Below are positions 11,801 through 23,800 of a stretch of 64,000 nucleotides of DNA, piece by piece. A program made the translations under genes and the position numbers. The notes beneath the pieces were generated by a model that was not told the DNA's origin, did not search any database, and worked only from the letters and a program-made list of their open reading frames with translations. The stretch spans positions 62,001 to 126,000 of the forward strand of contig JAWMAR010000647.1 of NCBI GenBank assembly GCA_036785375.1, written 5' to 3'. How positions within the stretch are numbered: the first letter of the stretch is position 1; each line of letters starts with the position of its first letter. The DNA comes from Leucoraja ocellata (taxonomy: Eukaryota).

Positions 11801-14800
11801 TGTTGAACTCGAACCGCTGTAGCTGTAGCATCATCCGCTGCAGACGTGCCGGGGCAGCATGAATAGGTTTGATTAATATCGTAACCAGTGGCTGGTGGTC
11901 TGTTTCCACCATGAACCGAACCCCAAAGAGAAAGTCCCGGAACTTGGAGCACGCAAACACCACAGCAAGGAGCTCCTTTTCAATTTGAGCATACCTTTGC
12001 TCCGTGTCCGTCATGGTACGAGAGGCAAACGAGACAGGCAGCAGAGAATCTCCATCACAAAGTTGCATGCAGGCTGCACCGAGATCAAAACGAGAGGCAT
12101 CGCAGGTCACCACAATTGGGAGTCGGAGATCGAAAAACCGGAGAACCGGAGTGTTGACCAGCATTTTTTTCAAATTGTCAAACGACTGTTGGTGCTGCGG
12201 ACTCCACGACCAGGCAACATCCTTCTTTGTCAGGAGGCGCAACGGTGCACTGAGCTCACTGAGACACGGAACAAACTTGCCCACATAGTTTACCATCCCG
12301 AGAAACCGCTGCAGGCCAGCGACATCAACAGGTGCAGGGAATTCGGAGATGGCAGCAGTTTGGTTAGGGTCAGGCTTCAGGCCACGTGAGGTAAAGATGT
12401 GACCGACATACGACACTTCAGACAACTGGAACCTACATTTGGACGGGTTCAGTTTGAGGTTTATCTGGTGAGCACGGTCGAGGACCCGTCGGAGATTTCG
12501 GTCGTGTTCCGTGACATCCCGACCATACACGAGGATATCATCGACAATGATGGCACATGGTAGCCCGGCAAACAATTGCTCCATGGAGCGCTGGAAGACT
12601 TCGCTAGCCGAGCTTATCCCGAAAGGCATTCTTAAAAACTTGTACCTCCCAAATGGCGTTGCAAAAGCTGTCAAATCGGTTGACTGACTGTGCAGTGGAA
12701 TCTGCCAAAACGAACTCCTGGCATCAAGAACTGAAAATACGGTGGCTTGACCAACCTGGGCAGCAACATCCTCGACAGTCCGCATAGGGTAGTGGGGCCG
12801 CTTAATGGCAGTGTTCAAGTCCTTCGGGTTGATGCAGACCCGAATTTCGTTCTTCCCTTTTTTTATAGTGGCAACCATCGTAGACACCCAGCTAGTGGGC
12901 TTACTGATAGCTTCTAGCACCCCCAAGTTTACCATTTTGTCCAGCATTGCTTTAACTTTGTCTTTCATCGCGAAAGAAACCCTACGAGACGGACGGCACA
13001 CAGGAGTTATGGAAGAATCAGTAGTAATTTTATATACGAGCGGCAGCTTACCGAGCTGATCATCAAAGAGGCCAGGGTATTCAGAGACAGGGTCCAACAC
13101 CACCCTCACCTCATGGACTGTGCTGTCGAAAGCAACCAGACCCAGATCCTGGCATGCCTGATTGCTCAGCAGAGGTACACAATCACAATCCAACACAAAA
13201 AACGACAGGTCACGAGATGTCTTCTGTAGCTTGCAGTGGAAAGTTACCCTCCCCACAGGTGTCAGTTCCTCCCCTCTGTACGCTCGGAGCACAGAGCGAT
13301 CTGCAGTCAAACGTTCATTAGACCTTATCTGGTGGAAGAGTGATGTTGAAATTACACTGACCTTTGCACCACTGTCCAATTTCGCAGCGAAGGTCTTGTC
13401 ATTAACAGTAACTAGCACTGACGGATCAGGGAGTCGAGTCTGGTTGTGCAGCAGAGCGTAAACACTGGCATCCCCCATAGAGATGCTGGAGTCTGACTCG
13501 GGGGCTGACTCCTCAATGTACTGAGAATCAAGGACACTTTCAATCCTCTGGAGATTGCTAAACACCTGGCGAGGAGGCTGAGCGGCGTTCCCATGGGAAC
13601 GACATACCGCCGCAAAATGGTTTTGTTTTCTGCAATAGTTGCAGGCTTTTCCATAAGCAGGGCACGGAGACTGTGGCAAATGTCCATACCCACAATTGGG
13701 GCACTTCCTGGCACTCTGAGGGCGAGGGGCAGGAGCTGGGCGAGGCTGTGGTTTAAAACAGTTTGGTGGCCGCCGCGGCACAGACAGAGCAGCCACTCTA
13801 ACGGCACGATTCCCAGATCCTCTCTCCTCACGAAACGGAGTAACAACCTCAGCAATGCGACAAGCATGCACAGCTTCGTTCAACGTGAGGTCAGGCCTCC
13901 GTAATAAATCAGACCGCAACTTCTGGTCAAGCATGCCAGTAACTAATATGTCCCGCGTGAGCTGGTCACACAACTCACCAAAACGACAGCGCTGGGATAG
14001 ATGGCGGAGGTCGGCAATAAAACATTCCACAGGTTCCTCAGGCTGTTGCTTGCGAGAAAAGAAACGAGCTCGCTCCAAAATGCGATTCGAAGGAAGGTCG
14101 CAAATCTCTGTAAACTTCCTCAACAGACACACTGGGTCGTCAGGAGACTCGGCTGGCTCAACAAGCTGGTCGTCCTCACCCAGGACCGCTGGACGGTACA
14201 CAAACGACTTAGCCCGCCTCATAGCATCAGGCCCAGCGAGATTCAATAGCAGAAATGCTTTGACAGCAGCAGGGTCATTACGGTGTGCAATATTCACATA
14301 ATGGTTGTAGTCCATGACGAACGTGTCCCATCGCTCCGCGATGTCGGCATCAAAGACTAACGGGGAAGGCTTGCGACAAGACGAAGCCATCACTACACAC
14401 ACATTTTGAAAATAAGTATTGTACAGAGAAACTAAAGAACAGCAAAACTAAAAAAATGTTCAAATTCAGTGATATTCAATGGGGCACTAGTTGTTTTGAC
14501 ATCTCCTGCCTTAAAAGGCATGTAATGTCACACATCCACAATCACACCCCTACTGTCTTGACGAAGGTGACAACGTAAGCGCTACGATGAAGCATTTTTC
14601 GTCTATGACAGTGGACTAACTGCTTGGGTGAACGAAAGGTAAATGGAGTCTGTAGATCGGCTATTGCATGCTAGCCAATATAGTGCTTGTTAGTAGTAAC
14701 CCCACCGAGTACATGCTTTATAACATTAAGAACTCGACTACGTCAGGCAGTAGATGTAGCAGTTCGGACTTGTAACGTACTGCATATCCAATGCTGTAAG

Positions 14801-17800
14801 TAAAGATGTGTTGTATCTTTACACGTGTATGAGTCCGGTAATTAGAGTCTGATAACCCAAAGTTTCTGACGTTAGAAACGGGACATAGATTTGATAACTT
14901 AAATATCTAAAGGTAGTGCCAGAATTTACAGCTCTATCAGCAGATGCAGAACGGTAGAACTTCATCTAACAATATACTAGACTGTTAGTAATAGATTCTG
15001 ATTATTATGTAGAGAAAAATAGGACAAGACTGTAAAAAGAATGTTCTTAGATGACAAATCCAAATTATTAGCAAATCCTGGGAGACTGCACTAAATCTTA
15101 AAATCAAGGTGAAATGCAGCAAAGCTTACAAACACATCTATGAATGGGAAAAGACAGAGTTTAGATAAGTGGCAAAGATGAAACAAATAAATTCCATTTA
15201 ACAATATTTACACCGCTTATTTTGTTACCTGGTCCTGAAGCTGAGCAAGGCACTTCTTCTGCTCTTTTCCTGAACTTTGGGAGGTACTTTCAGCAGAGGA
15301 ACTCTCGCCACCATTGTCACTTGCTGATTCAGTGATACAAGTTGTAGATTGTGCCAAAACTGCACTTTTTACAGGATCCTTGCGTATTTTAGCAAAAAGC
15401 ATCTCAAAAACATCCTGTGCAAGTGCGAGAATTAATGTGTATGTCAGTGAAAAAGATGATACTGTAAAAGTGTTTATGCAAAGCTCAAAATGACAGTTTA
15501 TGTACTTATCCCACACAAATTAAAAATTGAAAGCAACACATTTTGATGAATTTATAATTTCAGACTAATCCTTAAAGTACACAAGTCTCCACCAAATTAA
15601 AACAAATGTTGTGGATGTGGTCATGTGATACAGAGCAAAATAATCCTCAGGAACTCTGAATCTGTTGCCAAATGAAAGCCAAATCCAAATGACAGCTTCA
15701 TGTTTATATGGCTATCTAGTAATTTATGTTTTAAAGTTGTAATTTTAAGTACAGTTCCAGCATTACAGTTGACCAGTTCATTTGCATATAAGAAATATTT
15801 TGAGCTGACATTAACTTTGAATAACTAGCATGCACATTTTACAATAGGATTCTTATTTGTTCAATTTTAATGTAATAGTTTCAAGATTGTTTGATAGAGA
15901 TCATACTTATGATCTTATGTTCAAATTTAGTAAGTTGTGCTTTGTACATGGCGATGTTTACACAAATATACATTAAACCAAGAGACAAAAAAGGAAACTA
16001 GTACAATAAATATTTTTTTCTTCCATTATGGTCCCTAGTTTAATCTCAGTATAAAAAAATGTTAATGAAGTGTCTTTCTTTCACAGAAAATTAATCACTG
16101 CCGGTTTGGTTTTTCTCGGAGGGAGGGTAATAGGGAGTTGTTGATCCATGCTTTCTTTTCCAACCGTGAATTTGCATTCAACTATAGAAATGGAGTTGTT
16201 GAGGGCAGATGATGGTGCAGTGATAAAAGAAAATGTATGGGCACATGCACATATGCGTCTGTGAGTGTACAAGACTGAGGGAGTGAAATGTGTCTTTGCT
16301 TCATCAACGATCATCTATTTGAGGAAATACTGTAGACCACACCATATGCCTTCCCTAAAGAGGGAAGGAGAATCATGAAAACTGGTTAACTGTGAATTAC
16401 TTGTATACCATGTACACCCACATTCATATTGGATAAGTGAGTCATTGGGCAGTGGAGGTAGAGGATTGCAAGAAAAATCCATTAAAAATCTGGGTCAGGA
16501 TTAAATTTCATTACTTTCTACTGTGGGAAGGACTAGAAATGGATACCAAAGGAAAGGGCTATTACTTTTAAAATTCATGGTACCTGAACAAATAAAGATC
16601 ACACAGAACAAAAAACCTTTCCAGAGACCGGTGATTTTCTAGAAAGATAAATACTCAACTTTCTAAATAAGTATTTCAGATTTTGGTCCTAGTATTAAAC
16701 ACGAACAATTTATCTGCAAGTCAAAATGAAAGATATAAAATATATGATTGTATCAAGCCCATTATACAAACCAAAATACGTGTATCGACTTTCAATTTCC
16801 TTTGTACATTGCTGCCAAAATCAGTGTTATAACATATTTCTTCCATGAGACAGAACCATAATAGGTTTTAACTTAATTTCAATCAAGCTCCATGACTTTT
16901 TAAATTTGATAAACAATGTAAACCATTCTGCTGGAGATTATAGTGAATGAAAAATAAATCCAAAACCAAAATAAACACAGAAAATGCTGGAAACACAGAG
17001 TAGATCAAGCATTTGTGGAGAGAACTGTTGATGTTTCAGGTTTGGGTGCCTTTGTCAGAAGTGAGAACAGGGAAAGAAAAACAAGTTTGTTTTTAAATTG
17101 CATTGAAGGCGAGGGAACAATAGGAATATCTCGAATGGGATGAGGCCAAATGAGTAAATATAGCAGTCTGACTATGTGATGCATATCAGCAAGACTATTG
17201 GCCTTACCCATTATTAATTATAATTAAAATAATTAAATTGTGTGTATGAATGCTCAATACTCGCCTGAAGTTTTCGGCCCATGATCACAACTTCATGGTC
17301 TGGTGAATTATACTTGTAACAGTTTGAAAACATTAGTCGCACATCTCCAGCAAACTCTTCTCTATCTTTGTATTCTTGGTTGCCCAATTTTCTCTTATAT
17401 AAACAAAAATGGAGAAACTATCAGAAAATCAAATGCATGAAGAATGTAATACATTAAAATGTTTAATGATGATTTCTGTTCATTGAAGACTGAAGCACCA
17501 TCCCTGGAAGTGCCAGTTACCAAGATAGACACAAGATGGAGTAACTCAGCGGGATCGTTTTTCAGACGCTCAACTGGAAATGTCACCCATTCCTTCTCTC
17601 CAGAGATGCTGCCTGGGCCGCCAAGTTACTCTAGCATCATCCATCCATCCATCTATTAATCTGTCTTCAGTGTAAACCATCATCTACAGTTCCTTCCTAC
17701 ACATGTCAGTTATTAATACTGGTCAAGATAAAATGTCCATCAATAAAAGAAATTCACTTCACTGATCAAGAAAATAAAACACGAATAACACACAAAACTC

Positions 17801-20800
17801 AAAACACAATTTTCACGAATGAAAACAATATAATTCTACACCCACCCAACACATTTAAGTACAAAGGCAATGATCAATTCACATCTTGGGTAAGGTGAGC
17901 AAGCTCTATAATTTACACATAGGAAAGACAGAGCACTTGTCCAGTTTGCATTAGGAAGTGTACAAGGATTGAATTAGTAAAATACTGCTGTAATGAAGAC
18001 TAAATAACAAGAGCAGATGCATACTTGCAGCAAGAGGAAAACAAAAATTCAGTACACTGCAGTCAAAGCTTTCGGAAAGTTATTATTTGTTAGAGGGCCA
18101 ATAACTTGCACATTAACCCAGAATGACTTTACAGCCCAACATTGCATGCGTCTCATAAGCACTCAACTGCTGCCCAACACTCACTGAAACAATGAACGCA
18201 AGAAATACTTCAAATGCTTCAGACCCTGCAATGGATTAAATGTTTGAGAGTTCAACTGAACACAGGTTTCAGACCACTGCAATAGCTTATGCCATACACA
18301 TTTTTATTGAAGTGTGGGTTTAATTGTCAAACCAAGTATGTCATAAACCATAGACCCAAGGAATTACAGATGCTAGTTTATGGAAAAAAAGACAAAGTGC
18401 TGGAGTAACTCAGTGGGTAAGGCAGCATCTCAGGAAAACATGGATAGGCAACGTTTTGGATCGGGACACTTCTTCAGAAATGTGGCTTATCGTTCTCCAG
18501 TCTAATTGGCTGAGTTACTCCAGCACTTGGTAATGGATTGCTTCATTTTCTACATTAATCAAGGGAGTACTTTCTCAGATAAAATTTTAACAGTTTTAAT
18601 TTGTATCTTCAAAACTGATCAAGCTATTTCAAGGGGATGAATGGTATTGAAAGCAGAGCTGTTGTCTATGAATAGGAGTTTGAGATAGGTGTCTTTCTTA
18701 TCCAGGTGTTCCAGGAATGAGTGTACAGCCAGAAGATGGCATCAGCCGTGGACTTGTTGTGGCGGTTGGTGAACTGCAGTGGATCAAGGTTGCTTGATAG
18801 GCTGGATAATGTGTTCCATAACCAACCTCTCAAAACACTTCATGATGGTAGGTGTCAAGGTCACTAGATGGTAGTCATTAAGGCATTAGATCTTGCTTTT
18901 CCTGTTCATTGGGGTGATAGTGGTTTTCTTGAAGAAAGTGGGTACTTCAGAACGAAGTAGGAAGAGATTAAAGATGTCATTGAACACTCCCGGGAATTGC
19001 TCCGTCCAATTTGCACCCAAGGATGCGACCAGAGGCTTCGTCCCGGTTTTCTGTGGCGATGATTATATATGACTGAGTTGTATGACACTGTCACAATACA
19101 GGGTGGTACATGGGTCATCATCATTGGCGGTCAGTCGAAACAAATACGACTGTCCTCTCCATAGGGTCGTCTACTTGTGGGTCTGCAGATGTCTGTAGAG
19201 GCCGATCCGCGATCCACGCACCTTGGTGCAACGTGGGCAGTTGAGATTGGCGGTGGTAGGTAGTCGTCGAGCCCCCTTCTTTCTCTTTACGGTGCTGTCA
19301 TTTTGTCTCTGCGACACAGCGTAGTTCCATTTTGAGACGTGCAGCTCCTTCCTGCATGGATTTCCTCCAGGAGCACCTGTCCAGTGCAATGTGCTCCCAG
19401 TTGCTCAATATGATGTGGAATTTCTTCAGACTGTTCTTGATGTTGTCCTTGAAGCATTTCTTTGGCCCACCGGGGGCTCACCGACCTTCCTTCAATTGAG
19501 AGTACAGGATTTGTTTAGGGAGACATGTATTGGACATGGGGGTGACATGGCCAGTCCATCGAAGTTGGTGCTGCATTATTGTGGTGATGATGCTGGTCAT
19601 GTTGGCTTCCTCCAAAACGCTGATGTTGGTGCGTTTGTCCTCCCAGCTGATCCTCAGAATCTTTTGTAAGGATCTTTGATGGTATTGTTCCAGGACTCTA
19701 AGGTGTCTGCTGTAGGTGGTCCATGACTCGGCTCCATACAACAGGGTGGAGAGGACAACGGCTCTATAGACCGGTACACAAAAATGCTGGAATTTTTGTG
19801 TACCTTAGATTTTCCAGCATCTGCAGTTCCTTCTGGAACACTGGCTCTATAGACCAGCAGTTTTGTTTGAGCCATGTTGAGCATAGGGTGCAAGTAGGTT
19901 GTCCTATCAATCAGACATTGTGCCTGATGGAATCATATTTAAGTGTAAACCTCATTTCAAGTGTTGAGAGATTTGTCATATGCACCAGAACAATTACATT
20001 TGTACTTGCATTTTCAGGAAGATTGCAAAATAGGCTTCCTTCATCTCCATTGTGCACATAAATAATGCAGCATCATGAAATAAGAAAACACACTAAGTCC
20101 TTAAAGGCAAAATCGCGGCCAACTTTTAGAGGCAGGCTTTATACGAGTATTTTTTTTAAATCAGGCAGAGTAATTTATTGTCAAAACAGCATGCAATGTC
20201 GAAAATGAATACACATACATATCATGTCAGCCCATGTTTGATATGGGTTCTGAATTTTTTCCAAGCAATTTGTTCAGATAGAAAAATAAAATCCCTGTAT
20301 CCTTTCTTTGTCAACATTGATAACCAGGACAAAAACTAGATAAATATTACAAAGAATACAAATATACACTTACAGGTAGATTGGCATGTACCTCCAAGCT
20401 TCCAATGAGCTGGGTGTACATGGTGGTAACATTTAAGAGGATTACTTTGCCACTGGATTATAGTCACATCTCCTTCTTCATTCACTTTGTCACTTTTATC
20501 CTACAGTGGTCAAAAACTGAGAAACTAATTTTCTGAACCAATGCAAGACATTAACCAAAAACTCATTTGGCCCACTGAGTGCACACCGACCAGTAATCAC
20601 CCTGTACACTAACACTATCCTACGCACTCGGGACAATTTACAATTGCCAAAAGGACATTAATACCAAAATTGTGGATGCAAGAAACTACAGATGCTTGAG
20701 CAAAACACAAACTACTGGAGGAACTCAGCAGATCAGTCAGCAGTCTGTGAGGGAAAAACAGACAGACATTTCAGATCTGGGCACTTCTTCAGACCGAAAC

Positions 20801-23800
20801 TGCAGCAGATTCAATACAACATGAAAGTAATAGGGAACCCAATATCAAAAAGATGAAAACATTTTGTAAATGTCATCCCTGGAAGAACATAGAATAGGAA
20901 AACCTGGGAACAAGCCATTTGGCCCACAACATCTGTGCCAACCACAATGCCAATTTAAAATGCACATCGACCTGCACACGATTCATTTCTTTAAATTCCG
21001 TGCTTATTCAGGCATCTGTCTAAATATCTCATAAACGTAGCTACTATGTATCTTTTCACCACTTCTCCAGGCAGCATCTTACAGACACCACACTGAAAAG
21101 GACTAGCCTTATAAAGGGTTTCGGCCCGAAATGTTGCCTATTTCCTTCGCTCCATAGACGCTGCTGCACCCGCTGAGTTTCTCCAGCATTTTTGTGTACT
21201 TGCCATATAAAGCTCCTTTAAACATTCCCCATATCAACATCAAGCTATATCAGGCTACATCAGGCTAGTATTTGACATTTCTAACTTCCGTAGAAATGAG
21301 ACAGAGGAGTACAGTAACAATGCCATCACTTCCAGGAACTTGCAGATTTCTGGGGTCAGATTAAGCAGATCACTGGAATACTCTTATACAGTAGATAACT
21401 TGTATAGATTCCAAAATGCCATATGATACCCTCACCGTACTATCTAATACCTTTAATTTTTGGACTTTAAGAGATGTTGCGTTACCCTTTGAGTTACTCA
21501 GCACTGTCATTTTTTTTATTTTTTTTTTTAATGAGTAGAATTGATGCATGAAAGAACAAAAAAAACTTCTACTTAGTTATCTGGGATCAAGAACCAGCAC
21601 CATAATTACAAGCAGTTAAATAATTCTGGCCGATCCATGAACTCCAATATCAGATTGTATTCAACTTAAAATTACCACTTCTTACACAAAATCATGCTAT
21701 TACCCAGTCGATTGTCAATTGAGAAGAACAGTAAACAGTATTTTACAAAAGCTCACAAGTTCTTCAGTTAAATTCCACTTAAGGTTCTACTCAATGTGGT
21801 AGAACCATTTAAATCTGAAGCAAAGCTCCGATAGACTTGGATCAATCTCTTTGTAGCTTAATAGATCAGGATTTTTGCAGTTTATATTTTAGCCATTTAG
21901 ATTAATAAAGATGCTTTGGATAGTTACTTGTGTTATGTTCAAATTGTACACGCTGGCCAATACAAAGATTTGGGGAAGGGATCTGGTGCTGTAAAGAAAT
22001 TCTTGATTCATGTATTTGATACTGTTATTTTGATGTACTTTGGAAATAAAGTTGCAAAGGTAAAATGGATTTCAAATGTTTGAGGACAAGATGGTCTGCA
22101 TAATGACAAATATTTGAGAAAATGGTAAAATCGGGGTCAAGATATCAATTTCTGAGACCAATTAATGCAAATATCATAATTCACATAGTAGTTAAACAGC
22201 AAGTGAACTAATAATGCACATGCAAAATTCTGCTGGATCTAAAAAGAACTTGATTTTGGTCTATTCGTTTTCATCAGTGAACTAGTAAAGTCATACCAAC
22301 AAAAGATACTGTAGTCCAGTGTAGGAAGGAACTGCACATGCTGGTTTACACTGAAGATAGACATAAAATACTGGAGTGTCCCACTGAGTCTCTTCAGAGA
22401 TGCTGCTAGTCCCACTGAGTTACTCCAGCATTTTACGTCCATCATACTGTAGTCTTTCCATACTATAATACATACCTCTTTACTCATTCAAAGCCACAAT
22501 ACAAACTCCTGGAATTCTCTATAGGGAGGCATTACAGCAATTACAATGATTTGAAATACAAATGGATTCGTTAATGAGGCAGTGATAAGAATCACTTTTT
22601 GATCTGTGTTCATTTTGTAGTCATTGATAACACTCTTGCTTCAGGCAAGTTCAATATTGCTGTCAGCAACAATTAAAGTAGTGGCAAACTGAAATCAATA
22701 CCGGTGGATTGTGCAGCAAAAATCTGAGAAGCCATACACAATGAAAGACCAGCATCTGATCATTTGACAGTGGAAAGGAAAAGATGATTCTTCTAATTTG
22801 CCCCATACAGTTATGATACTTTATATGTTGCAATAAATCCTTTGATTATAAAGAGAACAATGTAAAAAAAAGGATTGAAATTCAAAGTACAATTAACAAA
22901 AAAGGTTTGGAAACTTCCTCTTCAAATTGTTCTAGGCCAATCAAACCATATTAATTGACGCCATTAACATTGATATTTTATTTAGTACCTACATCTTATG
23001 CAATATTCTTTCTGTACTTCACACAAGCTGGTCCAGCTCTCTCAAAGGTGGCTGCAATGAACCACAGTACAACAATTTATTTAATAGGCAAGATGTTTCT
23101 AAATATTTTCTTTCCTTTGGTAGTTTATATGCATAGCAATGTTGGGGCAAGTCTTCACTTGAATCTTGAATAATAGGGTTGGCTAAATGTTACCTGACAA
23201 TGCACAATATGAATTTAAAGAGAAAACAGACTAGGCGATTATTCTTTTTCTTCCTTTCATGATCCACCTCCCGAAGGAAAAAAACATTGGGTAGGTTTTC
23301 ATCATCATGTCCTAGCTTCTCTTGACAGAACATCCTTTTCAGAACCTGCCTTATTTTTATTTTGAAGGTGGAATATAGAAAGATCAGGGGAGTGGGAAAA
23401 AAAAAACCAAATACATGAAAAAATATGATCAGCATTCATGCAGATAATCAGACATGTTGCAAGCAATGAGCAACTCTAATATGAAAATGTAAGTGCAGGT
23501 CAACCACCAATTATCCCAGCACCGTTGGTTCCAGAGCCTTTCTGGATGAGCCATTTTGCCAAGAGGAGCCCAACGGTATCAGAACGGTCTACCTTGGCAC
23601 TGGGATAGCAGCCCGCAAAGTCAGCTTCGGAAGTTGACTATAGGAACGCATCTGCCACTCTGGCCGGGCAGAGACCGACCAGAGGGAGCAAATTTGACCT
23701 GTCAATCGGCGTGGACGCCCGATGAGGTTGAGATCGGCCGCCTAACCAGACCTAGATATATGTTTGGGGGCACTTCTGGGTGGATTTCAAGTGCACTTGC

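Larger units (their letters stand above)
10427..14402 (-). mobile_element. Ty3/Gypsy (Mag/SURL-like) LTR retrotransposon; 5' LTR not found; integrase partly deleted
   Basis: Gag-pol ORF, integrase remnant, PPT and 3' LTR are present in the expected order. Confidence 0.93.

Noticed and set aside
10618-14301. Many plus-strand ORFs of 60-165 aa
   Set aside because: Antisense shadows of the Gypsy gag-pol.
21901-22059. Open 53-codon plus-strand segment bounded by AG/GT (possible nested gene exon)
   Set aside because: No recognisable homology and no partner exons.
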